From NCBI GenBank assembly GCA_048193585.1, contig DBFAAM010000029.1, positions 27,444 through 91,443 of the forward strand: a DNA stretch of 64,000 nucleotides, written 5' to 3'. A program made the position numbers and the translations under genes. The notes under the pieces were generated by a model, which was not told the origin of the DNA, did no database searches, and saw only the letters and a program-made list of their open reading frames with translations. This document shows, piece after piece, positions 35,842 through 46,466 of this stretch. This DNA comes from Collinsella aerofaciens. Its GTDB lineage: Bacteria; Actinomycetota; Coriobacteriia; Coriobacteriales; Coriobacteriaceae. Within the stretch, counting starts at the first letter, position 1; each line of letters begins with the position of its first letter.

Positions 35842-36453
35842 CTAATCCAAGCGAGATTCCAGACTCGACAGACCATTGAGAGTCAGATCGTTGGCGACCT
35901 CAGAGACGCGCTCGATAGGAACCGAGCCGTCAGACAGCGCCCACGTGCGATAGATACCGATAATACCCGACAGCAAAAACGCCAGATAGTAGTCGAACAT
36001 TTCGTCCTTGAGACCTTGGGGCAGCAGATCTCGCTCGGCAATCTCGTGCTCGAGCGGCGCACGAAGACGAGCCATGAAATCATCGAGCGGAATATTCTCG
36101 ATCAGCTGACGATTGAGCACCAAGTTGTTGCACAGTGCCTCGTTAACGGTTTTAAAGAAGGTCGCCGCCGCGCTCAGGGCGCGCTCGTTGGTGTCGCCGT
36201 CCATGGAAGCAAGCGTTTTCTCGACTGAGTCGACAATCATCTCCACCACATCGACGGCAATGGCATCGAGCAGGCCGTCAACCGTACCAAAGTGAACGTA
36301 AAAGGTCTTGCGGTCGACATTGGCCTCGCGCGCGATGGCACTCACCGTAATGTCTGCCAGCGGCTTTTCCATGAGCAGGCGCTCGAAAGCCGAAAGGATG
36401 GCATTACGGCTGCGAACGATGCGACGATCAAGACGCGGTTTGCTGGTTGCCAT
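35842..36453 (-). CDS. TetR/AcrR-family transcriptional regulator
   Basis: DRRIVRSRNAI...ITVSAIAREANVDRKTFYVHF HTH. Confidence 0.92.
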   Translation of the reverse strand: MATSKPRLDRRIVRSRNAILSAFERLLMEKPLADITVSAIAREANVDRKTFYVHFGTVDGLLDAIAVDVVEMIVDSVEKTLASMDGDTNERALSAAATFFKTVNEALCNNLVLNRQLIENIPLDDFMARLRAPLEHEIAERDLLPQGLKDEMFDYYLAFLLSGIIGIYRTWALSDGSVPIERVSEVANDLTLNGLSSLESRLD

Positions 36454-36569
36454 GGGCGTGTCCCTTCGATATGCGAGCATTCATCAACAGATGAGAGATA
36501 ATCTACGTAAGAGGATTATCCCCCATACAGCACAAATATGCCTCGCATCATGAAGAACGCACGACTGCC

Positions 36570-37877
36570 CTACTGCGACTTAGGGTGCTTCTTCTTATTG
36601 AGTGCCGACGGAGATACGCGAATACCGTCTCCTGTCTGACGCACATAGGCCTTATGAGCCGGCTTTGCGGTCCCAGAAGCCTTCTGAGCGTGCTTCTTGG
36701 GATCAACGGTAACAGCATTCGTGGGGTGCGGCTTAGTGGGCGCAGAGGGCGTCTGAGGCGTGCGGCCGAGCTTGCGCATCACGCGATCCCAGCGCGCATG
36801 GATGCTCTCGTTGTGGGCGCTCTTAAGTCCCAGCAGGGGCGCAGCCAAAATGGTAGGCGCAATAAACGTAATGAGACGCCACAGCAGATAGCCCGCGGTC
36901 GAAGCCGACCCAAAGAAATGACCCAAGAACAATGCAAAGCCGCCCTCAGCGCCACCAGTTCCACCGGGCAAGGGAACCGCAGAGCTTAACAGCTGGACAA
37001 AGGCGCTCGCGGCCATGACCGAGAAAAAGTCGACCTCGTGGTGGCCAAAGGCAAGCATCAGGAAATACGGAACCAGATAGAAAAACGCGAGCTGCAGCAT
37101 GGTGATAAACACGGTGAGCAGCATGGAAGAAAAATGTCCGGCCGAAAGCTTGAACTTCTCGGAGAAGGAGTAGATCTCGCCATCGACAAACGTGCGCCAA
37201 CCCTCGATCTTAGTGGCCGAGACACCAATGCGCTCGAGCCAATTGATGATGCAATGGGCGACGCGCGTGACGGTCTTAGGCATGAGCGCGACGGCGAAGA
37301 TGCCAAGCAAGATGCAGCAGTGTCCACCAAAGCTAAAGACGCACAGCAGCGTCATGTCGCCGTAGCGTTCGGCAAAAAACGGCATACGGGCGAGCAGCAG
37401 GATAGCGCCCCAGGCGACCAGGCCAAACTGGTACACGATAAAACGCGTGAATTGCGTGGCGCCGGCCTCGCCCACGTTTTGGCCCGCCTTGGTCAGGCGG
37501 TAGATCTGGGCGGGAGTCGAGCCCATCATCATGGGCGTCAGGTTGCCAAAGAAGATGCCACTCGCCTCGACCGAGATCAGGTCGCGGATGCCGACGGGCG
37601 AATTGGGATCGAGCCAGACGGCGATCGCATAGGCCACAATGCCAAAGAACAGGTACATGAACATGCAAAGACACGCGACAACGAGCCATGACGCCTGGAC
37701 GCTCGACATAGCGGCCCAGAACTGCCCCATCTGCCCGGTTACCACCAGATAGACGATATAACCTACCAGCACGACGCCGATAAAGATGGCGCCGCGGCGT
37801 GCGCTCTTATTGTCATCTCCGCCCGAGGCCTCAACCTCGACCTGGGGCTTAGACGTATGCTGAGAGGACTCCGTCAT
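36570..37877 (-). CDS. lysylphosphatidylglycerol synthase TM / flippase-like membrane protein
   Basis: multi-TM; FFGNLTP..MGSTPAQ, PLPGGTGGAEGGF, LLWRLITF. Confidence 0.82.
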   Translation of the reverse strand: MTESSQHTSKPQVEVEASGGDDNKSARRGAIFIGVVLVGYIVYLVVTGQMGQFWAAMSSVQASWLVVACLCMFMYLFFGIVAYAIAVWLDPNSPVGIRDLISVEASGIFFGNLTPMMMGSTPAQIYRLTKAGQNVGEAGATQFTRFIVYQFGLVAWGAILLLARMPFFAERYGDMTLLCVFSFGGHCCILLGIFAVALMPKTVTRVAHCIINWLERIGVSATKIEGWRTFVDGEIYSFSEKFKLSAGHFSSMLLTVFITMLQLAFFYLVPYFLMLAFGHHEVDFFSVMAASAFVQLLSSAVPLPGGTGGAEGGFALFLGHFFGSASTAGYLLWRLITFIAPTILAAPLLGLKSAHNESIHARWDRVMRKLGRTPQTPSAPTKPHPTNAVTVDPKKHAQKASGTAKPAHKAYVRQTGDGIRVSPSALNKKKHPKSQ

Positions 37878-37980
37878 GAGACTCCTTCTAACAGTCAAAA
37901 TATCTTGGTTATTGTACCCGTAAGGGCCATAGGCAGAACGCAAAGCTCTGGTTCAAACGGGAATTGCAGACGGTTGTTTG

Positions 37981-38017
37981 AAAATAAAAAACCCGGCCTT
38001 CCATGGGAAGCCCGGGT
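37981..38017 (-). terminator. terminator after tRNA-Glu
   Basis: acccgg..ttcc / ggaa..ccgggt stem with a T-rich tail on the minus strand. Confidence 0.75.
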
Positions 38018-38027
38018 ATCAAATGCG

Positions 38028-38104
38028 TGGTAGCCCGTACCAGATTCGAACTGGTGATCTCCGCCTTGAGAGGGCGGCGTCCTAAACCGCTAGACGAACG
38101 GGCC
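38028..38104 (-). tRNA. tRNA-Glu (CTC), CCA encoded
   Basis: GGCCCGTTCGTCTAGCGGTTTAGGACGCCGCCCTCTCAAGGCGGAGATCACCAGTTCGAATCTGGTACGGGCTACCA cloverleaf. Confidence 0.97.
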
Positions 38105-38138
38105 ACATGACATCTGCACTGCCGTGCTGCGAAGAAAT

Positions 38139-38167
38139 ATATTACGGGACAAAAAACGTCAGCGCAA
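38139..38167 (-). promoter_or_regulatory. probable tRNA promoter
   Basis: TTGCGC, 17-nt spacer, TAATAT on the minus strand. Confidence 0.55.
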
Positions 38168-38231
38168 GAAGAAATTCCAAATTGCCGAAAAATTGTCGGC
38201 AGGTTATGGAACACGCAGGTAAACTGGGTAG

Positions 38232-39626
38232 CTAATTCAAGTTGAGATGGACCAAAAGAGCTTCGCGATCGTTGGGAATGTTGTCTTCGATCACGGCGTC
38301 GAGGGCGGAGTTGAGAAGCTGACCCAGTTCCGGCCCGGGCTTGACTCCGGCACGGATCAGGTCGCCGCCGTTGATGGAGAGCATCTTGAGCGTATAGGGC
38401 TCCCCTGCCTTCAGCAGCTCGTGCGCCATCGCGCGCATCTCCTCAATCGTCTCAACGTAATAGAAGCACGACGGGGCCTTGCCGAGCGTATCAGCACGCT
38501 TAAGATCCATGAGCTCATCAATAAGGCGGGCTGTGTCGACGCCCTCACCAGAAAGCAAGCGCATCATATTGAGCAGGCAGGAGCGCTCGGGGCGCAGCGG
38601 CTTGTCATGGTATTTGATAAGCAGGCACACATCGCGCACCAGGTCGTGCGAGAGCGCCAGGCGATCCATAATGACGCGCGCTTTCTTGGCGCCGAGCTCG
38701 GGATGACCGTAGAAGTGTCCGCTGCCGGAATGATCGACCGTAAAGCACTCGGGCTTGGACACATCGTGCAAAAACGCCGCCCACATAAGGCTCGACGAGG
38801 GCGCGACGCCGTCGCACAGCGCCAGCTCCCCTGCCACCGTCAGCACGCGGGCGATATGCTCGTAGACGTTAAACGCATGATAGACACTGCGTTGATCAAA
38901 CCCGCGACCCGCTGCCAACTCGGGCACGGCGGCGCAGATAAGCTCGGGGTAGCGCAGCATGGCGTCTCCCCCATGACCGGTCGAAAGAATGCCCTCGAGC
39001 TCAATACCCACACGCTCGCGCGCCACGGCATCGAGCAGCGGAGCGCACTCGGCAAGCGCACGCTTAGTCTCGGGCTCAATCATAAAGTCCAGACGGCAGG
39101 CAAAGCGTACCGCACGCAGCATGCGCAGGGCGTCCTCGTTAAAGCGACGCTTGGGATCGCCGACAGCGCGAATCAGCTTGCGCTCCAAGTCACCCTGGCC
39201 GTCGTAGCGGTCGACAAGCCCACGCTCGGGATGCCACGCCATGGCATTGACGGTAAAGTCGCGGCGCGCAAGATCGTCCTCGAGCGAGGCAGCACGCTCG
39301 ACACTCTGAGGATGGCGCCCATCGGTATAGAAGCCATCCAGACGGTACGTGGTGACCTCGATACGTTCACCATCGGAAATAGCCGTGATTCCACCAAATT
39401 TAATGCCCGACTCCACGACCGCGACACCAGCGGCCTCGAGCGCCGCCTTGGACTCCTGCCACAGGCCGCTACAGCACATATCAACATCGTGGCTGGGGCA
39501 CCCCATCAGGGCGTCGCGTACCCAACCGCCTACGTACCAAGCCTCAAGACCAGCCGCCTCAAGCGCGCGCAGGACGCGCAGAGACGCATCGGACGGTTGA
39601 GTACCGTTGAGCGAAACATTGCACAT
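38232..39626 (-). CDS. cca: CCA tRNA nucleotidyltransferase with HD domain
   Basis: VGGWVRD, DVD, EVTTYR, DLARRDFTVNAMA, EDALRMLRAVRF, LHDVSK. Confidence 0.9.
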   Translation of the reverse strand: MCNVSLNGTQPSDASLRVLRALEAAGLEAWYVGGWVRDALMGCPSHDVDMCCSGLWQESKAALEAAGVAVVESGIKFGGITAISDGERIEVTTYRLDGFYTDGRHPQSVERAASLEDDLARRDFTVNAMAWHPERGLVDRYDGQGDLERKLIRAVGDPKRRFNEDALRMLRAVRFACRLDFMIEPETKRALAECAPLLDAVARERVGIELEGILSTGHGGDAMLRYPELICAAVPELAAGRGFDQRSVYHAFNVYEHIARVLTVAGELALCDGVAPSSSLMWAAFLHDVSKPECFTVDHSGSGHFYGHPELGAKKARVIMDRLALSHDLVRDVCLLIKYHDKPLRPERSCLLNMMRLLSGEGVDTARLIDELMDLKRADTLGKAPSCFYYVETIEEMRAMAHELLKAGEPYTLKMLSINGGDLIRAGVKPGPELGQLLNSALDAVIEDNIPNDREALLVHLNLN

Positions 39627-39763
39627 GCCTATGGCCTCCTGCACTTGTGAGCGTTAATCGATGGTTCTCAAGAAGTCTAACAAGAAACGAGAAAGCGCGC
39701 ACACGCAATCGCGTCGTCGATTCGATAAAGCGAGACAGCAGACGCCACATACGTTCAGCGCGC

Positions 39764-39799
39764 AAAAAACACCCGCCTTGGTAATCCAAAGCGGGTGTT
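39764..39799 (-). terminator. terminator after the distal PfkB kinase
   Basis: aacacccgc / gcgggtgtt stem plus a T run on the minus strand. Confidence 0.75.
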
Positions 39800-39821
39800 C
39801 GGCAACGACGTATCGATGCTG

Positions 39822-40754
39822 CTAGCAGACCTGGCGAACCTCGATATGCTTCTTATATTCGTCCACCTTGGCAAAATCGCCCAGACCGGGGCACTCGACC
39901 ACGTTGGCGCCGGTAGCCATCGAAAGGCGCAGGGCGTCCTCGACGCGCTCGGGGGCGTCGTGCCACACGGACAGGAAGGCAGCGAGCGAGGAATCGCCGG
40001 CGCACACCGTCGACAGCAGCTTGACGTCGAAGGTGCGGTTGGCAAACCAGATGTGCTCGCCGTTAGAGAAGTACGCACCGGCGCCGCCAAGAGTCAGCAG
40101 CACATTCTTGGCGCCCTTGGTATGAAGCTCGGCCATAGCGCCCTTGACGGACTCATCGTCGCCACCGCTCACCTTAATGCCAAAGATGTCAAGCAGCTCG
40201 TCGTCATTGGGCTTGATCAGCAGCGGCTCCATGGCAATGAGGTCCGCCAGCTGATGGCTCGAGATGTCGAGGACGAACTCGGCCCCCTTGGCCTTGACGC
40301 GGCGCAGGACCTCGGCCAGGAAGCCCTCGGAAGTGTTGGGAGGCAGCGAGCCGCTGATGACCAGGCAGGTCATGTCATCGAGCGAATCGATAAGTTCAAA
40401 CATCTCCTGCTCATTGGCTTCGTTGATGGCGGCACCGGCGTTGACCATGTTGTACTCGGTGTCGGGGCCGGCATTGAGGAACACGTTGACGCGCGTGATG
40501 CCGTCGGTCCACACGGGCTTGACGGGCACGCCCAGGGCCTCGGCGCCCTTGACGATGAACTCGCCCGAGAAGCCAGCGAAGAAGCCCAGGATCGTGGTGT
40601 CGACACCGTAGTGGTCAAGCGTAAACGAGACGTTGAGACCCTTGCCGTTGGGCGTATAGACCGCGTTGCGCGTGCGGGTGACGGTGTTGGCGGAAAGACC
40701 GTCGCAGGCAATGTTGTAGTCAATGGCGGGATTTGCAGTGAGCGTGTAAATCAT
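39822..40754 (-). CDS. 1-phosphofructokinase-family (PfkB) hexose-phosphate kinase, copy B
   Basis: YTLTANPAID, GKGLNVS, TRVNV, SGSLP, IKPN, STVCAGD. Confidence 0.9.
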   Translation of the reverse strand: MIYTLTANPAIDYNIACDGLSANTVTRTRNAVYTPNGKGLNVSFTLDHYGVDTTILGFFAGFSGEFIVKGAEALGVPVKPVWTDGITRVNVFLNAGPDTEYNMVNAGAAINEANEQEMFELIDSLDDMTCLVISGSLPPNTSEGFLAEVLRRVKAKGAEFVLDISSHQLADLIAMEPLLIKPNDDELLDIFGIKVSGGDDESVKGAMAELHTKGAKNVLLTLGGAGAYFSNGEHIWFANRTFDVKLLSTVCAGDSSLAAFLSVWHDAPERVEDALRLSMATGANVVECPGLGDFAKVDEYKKHIEVRQVC

Positions 40755-40942
40755 GAATGTTCCTTTCACGAAGCAGCGTGTTGATGAAAGTATATTCCAC
40801 GCATCGGTAAAAGGCTAGGACAACTCGGTGAACGGTGTGGAAGCAATGAAGTACGGCGGGACACCTCTCCCCCGTGGCGGAACAAAAAGGCGTCCCAGCC
40901 GAAACCGGGGCGCCACATGCGCACGAATATGTCGCGTTTAGA

Positions 40943-41875
40943 TTACTGACGATCGAGCTTGCGGACGGCAACGCGCTTGCTGTACTCGTCGACGTGACCG
41001 AAGTCGCCGATGCCGACGGACTCGGCAACGTTGGCGCCGGTGGCCATAGCGAGCTTCATGGCCTCCTCGACGTTGTCGCGATCCCTGTACCACTTGTGCA
41101 GGAACGCAGCGAGGGTGCAGTCGCCGGCGCAGACGGAAGAAACCAGCTTGATGTTGAACTCACGCTTGGCGTACCAGATGTCCTCGCCGTTGGAGAAGTA
41201 CGCGTCGCCGCGGCTACCACGGGTGAGCAGCACGTTCTGAACGCCGGCGTCGTGAGCCATCTTCATGGCAACGCGGACCTCGTCGTCGGTGTCGACCGGC
41301 ACGCCGAAGATAGCCTTCATCTCGTGATGGTTCGGCTTGATGAGCAGCGGCTTCTTGTGAGCGAGCTCCTTGAGCTTATCGGAGGACAGGTCCAGGACGA
41401 CGTCGGCGCCACGGGCCTGAGCGTGCTCCATGACCTTAGCCAGGAAGTCAGGCGTAGCTTTGGGAGGCACGGAGCCGGAAACGATCAGGCACTCGAGATC
41501 GCCCGCGGTGTCCAGGATGTTGTAGAGCTCCTCCTGGTGCTGCGGCGTGATCGGAGCACCCGGGTTCAGGATGCCGTACTCGTGCTGGCCATCGTTGACG
41601 TAGGTGTTAATGCGCGTGATACCGTCGGTCCAGACCGGGCGGCAGAGGCAACCCAGGTTCATGACCTCCTCGACGATGAACTTGCCCGTGAAGCCGGCGA
41701 AGAAGCCGAGCGCGACGGTGTCGACGCCCATCTTCTTAAAGGCGAAGGACACGTCGAGGCCCTTGCCGTTAGCCGTGTAGCTGGCCGAGCCGGTGCGGAC
41801 GTTCTCGTCGGGCTCGAGCGGAGAGCTCGAAACCGTCATGTCGACAGCCGGGTTAGCGGTTAGCGTGTAGAACAT
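40943..41875 (-). CDS. 1-phosphofructokinase-family (PfkB) hexose-phosphate kinase, copy A
   Basis: YTLTANPAVD, GKGLDVS, TRIN, SGSVP, IKPN, SSVCAGD. Confidence 0.9.
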   Translation of the reverse strand: MFYTLTANPAVDMTVSSSPLEPDENVRTGSASYTANGKGLDVSFAFKKMGVDTVALGFFAGFTGKFIVEEVMNLGCLCRPVWTDGITRINTYVNDGQHEYGILNPGAPITPQHQEELYNILDTAGDLECLIVSGSVPPKATPDFLAKVMEHAQARGADVVLDLSSDKLKELAHKKPLLIKPNHHEMKAIFGVPVDTDDEVRVAMKMAHDAGVQNVLLTRGSRGDAYFSNGEDIWYAKREFNIKLVSSVCAGDCTLAAFLHKWYRDRDNVEEAMKLAMATGANVAESVGIGDFGHVDEYSKRVAVRKLDRQ

Positions 41876-41949
41876 TTACAGTACCCCCTGTATATGTGAG
41901 GGCCGCGTGGCCGGCCCATTCCAACCACGCGGTTACCTCTGATACCAAA

Positions 41950-43653
41950 TTAGCGAGCTGCGGACTCGAGCAGTGCCTTGACCTCGGCGGCGGTGTTGCA
42001 GGCGAGTGCCTTCTCGGCGAGCTCGTCGCACTCGGCCTTGGTCCACTGGCTGATGGTCTTGCGGGCGCGCAGGATCGACGGAGCGCTCATCGAGAACTCC
42101 TCCAGGCCCCAGCTGATCAGCAGCGGCTCGAGCAGCGGATCGGCAGCGGCCTCGCCGCACATACCGACCATGATGCCGGCCTTCACGCCGCTCTCGATGA
42201 TGTTCTTGAGCGAACGGAGCACGGCGGGATAGTACACCTGGTACAGGTTGGAGATGGTGTCGTTGCCACGGTCGGCGCACATGGTGTAGCCGATCAGGTC
42301 GTTGGTGCCGATGGAGAAGAAGTCGGCAACCTCGGCAAGACGGTCTGCGAGCAGCGAAGCGGCGGGCGTCTCGACCATGATGCCGACCTCGATGTTCTCA
42401 TTGAACTTGCGACCCTCTTCGGTCAGCTCGGCCTTGCACTGCTCGACGAGCTCCTTGACAGCCAAGACCTCCTCGACGCAGGTGACGAGCGGGATCATGA
42501 TCTTGACGTCACCGAAGGCGCTAGCGCGCAGCAGAGCGCGGAGCTGGACCTTGTACTGGTCGGGATTGGCCAGGCAGTATCGCACGGCGCGGAAGCCCAT
42601 GAAGGGGTTGTCTTCCTTGACCATATGCAGATACGGAATCTCCTTGTCGCCGCCCACATCGAGCGTGCGGATGATGACCGGAGCACCCTTGAGCGCGCTG
42701 GCGACCTTACGGTAGGCGTTGAACTGCTCCTCCTCGGAAGGAAGCTCAGCGGAGTCCATGAACAGGAACTCGGAGCGGAACAGACCGATGGCCTCGGCGT
42801 CGTGATCGAGCGCGTTGGGCACGTCATCGGGGTTACCGATGTTGCAGGCGATGATCTTCTTAATGCCATCGGCAGTCACGGACGGCTTACCACGGAAGGC
42901 CTCGAGGGCTGCCTTCTCGGCGGCGAAGACCTCGGCCTTGGCGGTGTAGGCAGCGAGCGTCTCCTCGTCGGGATCGGCCTCGACGATACCCTTGCCGCCG
43001 TCGACGACAACGGTCATACCGTTGCGCAGCGCGGTGCAGCTGTTGGAAACCGAAAGGACAGCCGGGATCTCGAGGGCGCGCGCGATGATCGCGGAGTGCG
43101 ACGTGCGGCCACCGGTCTCGGTGACGATGCCGGCAACGTGGGCCTTATCGATCGTGGCGGTCATGGACGGCGTGAGGTCGTGCACGACAACGACAGTGTT
43201 CTCGGGCAGGACGGAGAGGTCGACGACCTCCTTGCCCAGCAGCTCGGCCAGAATACCGGTGCGGATGTCGGCGATGTCAGCCGCGCGAAGACGGAACATC
43301 TCGTCGTCCATGGACAGGAACATGTTCTCGAACATGGTCGAGGTGTCCATGAGCGCCTGCTCGGCGCAGGTACCGCCGTCAATGGCGGCGTTGATGGCGT
43401 CGGTCATACCCGGATCCTGAGCCAGAACAATGTGTCCGCTCATGATCTCGGCCTCGGCCTCGCCCACCGTCTCCTTCATGTGGTCGGCCTGAGCCTGGGT
43501 CTTCTCGCAGAAGACCGAAAGAGCGGACTGATAGCGCTCCTTCTCTGCTGCCGAATCAGCAACCTCGTGCGGCTCAAACGTCAAGTCGGGATCGACGGCG
43601 ACCATGACGGTGCCGATACCGATGCCCTCGGAAGCGTTGACTCCCTGATACAT
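41950..43653 (-). CDS. ptsI: PTS enzyme I
   Basis: GGRTSHSAI, GLFRSE, IRTLDVGGDK, SIGTNDL, GMCGE. Confidence 0.97.
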   Translation of the reverse strand: MYQGVNASEGIGIGTVMVAVDPDLTFEPHEVADSAAEKERYQSALSVFCEKTQAQADHMKETVGEAEAEIMSGHIVLAQDPGMTDAINAAIDGGTCAEQALMDTSTMFENMFLSMDDEMFRLRAADIADIRTGILAELLGKEVVDLSVLPENTVVVVHDLTPSMTATIDKAHVAGIVTETGGRTSHSAIIARALEIPAVLSVSNSCTALRNGMTVVVDGGKGIVEADPDEETLAAYTAKAEVFAAEKAALEAFRGKPSVTADGIKKIIACNIGNPDDVPNALDHDAEAIGLFRSEFLFMDSAELPSEEEQFNAYRKVASALKGAPVIIRTLDVGGDKEIPYLHMVKEDNPFMGFRAVRYCLANPDQYKVQLRALLRASAFGDVKIMIPLVTCVEEVLAVKELVEQCKAELTEEGRKFNENIEVGIMVETPAASLLADRLAEVADFFSIGTNDLIGYTMCADRGNDTISNLYQVYYPAVLRSLKNIIESGVKAGIMVGMCGEAAADPLLEPLLISWGLEEFSMSAPSILRARKTISQWTKAECDELAEKALACNTAAEVKALLESAAR

Positions 43654-43786
43654 TCCCATTCCTCTCTCCGTGTCATGTGATAAAGCGTTTTGCCATATCC
43701 ATGACAAAAGAGCGCAGTTACCTTACAACAGGTCACTGCGCCCCCAAATATGAACTTAGTTGTTCAACATGCGACCCGTTTGAGTT

Positions 43787-44050
43787 CTACTCGCCAAGAC
43801 CGCTCTTGATGAGCTCGATGGCAGCAGCCAGAGCCTCGGCCTCGTCGGCGCCGTCGCACTTGACCTCGACCTCAGTACCGCAGGGGATACCAGCAGCCAT
43901 GAGGGCCATCGGGGACTTGCCGTTGACCTCCTTCTCGGGGGTGACGACCGTTACGTCACAGGCGTACTTGCCCATGGTGGAGGCGAACAGACCAGCCGGA
44001 CGCATGTGCAGACCCTGAGGATTAACGAGGGTAGCCTTCTCAGAAACCAT
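43787..44050 (-). CDS. ptsH: phosphocarrier protein HPr
   Basis: GLHMRPA, NGKS, GADEAEA. Confidence 0.95.
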   Translation of the reverse strand: MVSEKATLVNPQGLHMRPAGLFASTMGKYACDVTVVTPEKEVNGKSPMALMAAGIPCGTEVEVKCDGADEAEALAAAIELIKSGLGE

Positions 44051-44312
44051 AATTGACTCCTTTTTGTGTTTAACCCCTGTCATGCATGTGGCAGGAGTCA
44101 GATTCACGACGTTGTTTATATTAACTCACATCAAACGGTTTTTCATTGTGTTTCACACGAATTGTTGGACAGATGTCGTATCCCTGCGCTCGCCCGCCGG
44201 GCGAGCTGCGGAAACTCGGTCGGTCCAGAGCAATATCGTGCGAACGGAATTCTGGCTGATGATCTGTTCGCGACAAAGACTCGATAGGTAGCCCCCTCTA
44301 TGCCCTTTTATA

Positions 44313-44379
44313 AGTTGCGGTGAAATAGAGACTGAATTTGGGGTTGAATCGTTTAAACAGTCCCTATTTCACCGCAACT
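44313..44379. repeat. 67-bp extragenic palindromic element, copy 2
   Basis: agttgcggtgaaatagagactg ... cagtccctatttcaccgcaact. Confidence 0.85.
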
Positions 44380-44391
44380 AATTTGGGGATG

Positions 44392-44427
44392 AAAAAGGCA
44401 GAGGCCCTGGAGAGGGTCTCCGCCTTT
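44392..44427 (-). terminator. terminator after the PTS EII gene
   Basis: aaaggcagaggccct / agggtctccgccttt stem with a T tail on the minus strand. Confidence 0.65.
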
Positions 44428-44462
44428 GTTACGGGGGGCGATGTTATTCGCGTACCGTGGAA

Positions 44463-46466
44463 TTAGACCAGGCGGGCGTTGATCGTCTTGGCAATCTCGG
44501 CGGCGTCGGTGGAACCCTTGACGGTGGCACGGAAGTCCTCGTCCATGAGCGCCTCGGCGACCTTGGACAGGATCTTGAGGTGCGTGGTACCGGCCTGGGC
44601 ACCGGGGATGAGCAGGGCGATAGCCACGTTGACGGGAGCGCCGTCCATGGTGTCCCAACCGGTCACGCCGGACTCGTCCTTGACGACGATGACGGCAGCC
44701 TCGGTAATGGCATCGGACTTGGCATGCGGGATGGCGAAGCCCTCCATCATGCCCGTGGTGCCCTCGGCCTCGCGGGCCAGGAAGGCGTTCATCACGGCGT
44801 CGGCGTCGCCGGCGATACCGGCCTTGACAGCCTGGTTGGAAACGAAGCTCAGAGCCTCGTCACGAGAAGCGAAGTCCTCGGCGACAAAGACATTCTCGAC
44901 CTTCACGAAGTCGGCAGCCTCGGCCTTGGGGGCCTCGACGGCAGCGGCCTTGGGGGCCTCAACCGGCTTGGCTGCAGGAGCGGCCTTCTGATTCTTCTCG
45001 AAGTCGTACTTCTTGAAGGCCACGAACAGGATGCCACCAACCACAGCGCCGATGAGGATCGCGAGGACCCACAGCGGACCGTTCTCGACAACGGGCAGGA
45101 CCAGGAAGCCACCGTGAGGCGCCGGATCGTGAACGTTGAACATAATGGTCAGGATCGAAGCGATAGAGGAACCGAGCATCATGATGGGCATGACGGGCCA
45201 AATGTTCTTGGTCATGAACGGAATGGCGCCCTCGGTGATGTGGGTGCAACCAAGGATGAGGTTGACGACACCGGCGTCATGGTCCTCCTGGCTGAAGTAC
45301 TTCTTGCCGACAACGACGGCAAAGGTGGTGATCAGCGGCGGAACGATGCAGGCGGCGGAGACGGCAGCCATGAAGTTGGTGCCGAAGTTGTAGGTATCGG
45401 TGCCAACACCGGCGGCAAGGGCCTCGGTGAGCATAGCGGTACCGGTGACGTAAGCGGCCTTGTTGACCGGGCCGCCCATGTCAAAGGCGCACATGCAGCC
45501 GATAGCAAGACCCAGGACAACGGCGCCAGAGGCGGACAGGCCCTTAAGGAAGTCCATCATGGCGGTGTTGATGGCAGCCATGGGGCCGGAGATGCCGAGC
45601 ATGACCAGACCGACGATGGCGGTAGAGAACAACGGGTACAGGAAGATAGCCTTGAGGCCGTCCAGGTTCTTGGGCAGTCCGGCAAAGACCTTCTCGAGCA
45701 GCAGGATGACATAACCGGCGAGGAAGCCACCGACGATGCCGCCCAGGAAGCCGAAGCCCACGCCGGCGCCACCGGCGTCGATCATGCCGGTCTCAGCGTT
45801 AACAGGCAGGCCCTGGATGGCGATCATACCGGCAACAAAGCCGGGGACGAGCGCCGGGCGCTTGCCGATGGACTCGGCAATATAGGCGGAAAGCACCGGA
45901 ACCATGAGGTTCATGGCGATGCCGCCGATGATCTTAAGCATCGCAGCAAAGCTGTTGTAGTCAGACGCCGTCGAATCGAAGGACGTAATGCCCCACAGGA
46001 ACGAAACGGCGGTCAGAACACCACCGGCAACGACGAAGACCAGCATGTGGCTGACGCCGTTCATGAGGTGCTTGTAGATGATGTGGCCGATGGACTCCTT
46101 CTCCTCGACCTCGTCCTCGACATCGTCAGCAGCCGCAACCGTGTCGTCACCCTTGGCGGCGAGCGCGCGGTCAATCAGCTTACCGGCGGCCTCAACGGAC
46201 AGGGCCTTGGAAACACCAACGGAAACCATGGGCTTGCCGGCGAAACGCTCAGCCTGGACATCCTTATCGGCTGCGACGACGACGGCCTTGGCACCGGCGA
46301 TCTCGCTCTTGGTGAGCTCGTTCTCGACGCCGACCTGGCCATGAGTCTCGACCTTAATGGTCAGACCTCGCTCGGCAGCAGCCTTCTCCAGCGCCTCCTT
46401 CGCCATGAAGGTGTGCGCAATGCCGGTCGGGCAACCGGTCGCGGCGATGATGTCAAACTTAGCCAT
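44463..46466 (-). CDS. fruA: fructose-family PTS enzyme II, domain order IIB-IIC-IIA
   Basis: CPTGIAHT (IIB), HLMNGVSHM, FDMGGPVNK, ITEGAIPF (IIC), AIPHAKS (IIA). Confidence 0.9.
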   Translation of the reverse strand: MAKFDIIAATGCPTGIAHTFMAKEALEKAAAERGLTIKVETHGQVGVENELTKSEIAGAKAVVVAADKDVQAERFAGKPMVSVGVSKALSVEAAGKLIDRALAAKGDDTVAAADDVEDEVEEKESIGHIIYKHLMNGVSHMLVFVVAGGVLTAVSFLWGITSFDSTASDYNSFAAMLKIIGGIAMNLMVPVLSAYIAESIGKRPALVPGFVAGMIAIQGLPVNAETGMIDAGGAGVGFGFLGGIVGGFLAGYVILLLEKVFAGLPKNLDGLKAIFLYPLFSTAIVGLVMLGISGPMAAINTAMMDFLKGLSASGAVVLGLAIGCMCAFDMGGPVNKAAYVTGTAMLTEALAAGVGTDTYNFGTNFMAAVSAACIVPPLITTFAVVVGKKYFSQEDHDAGVVNLILGCTHITEGAIPFMTKNIWPVMPIMMLGSSIASILTIMFNVHDPAPHGGFLVLPVVENGPLWVLAILIGAVVGGILFVAFKKYDFEKNQKAAPAAKPVEAPKAAAVEAPKAEAADFVKVENVFVAEDFASRDEALSFVSNQAVKAGIAGDADAVMNAFLAREAEGTTGMMEGFAIPHAKSDAITEAAVIVVKDESGVTGWDTMDGAPVNVAIALLIPGAQAGTTHLKILSKVAEALMDEDFRATVKGSTDAAEIAKTINARLV

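Noticed and set aside
38028..38104. tRNA-Glu as the island integration site
   Set aside because: It is over 2 kb from the island edge, separated by two host-like genes, with no duplicated tRNA 3' end and no integrase.
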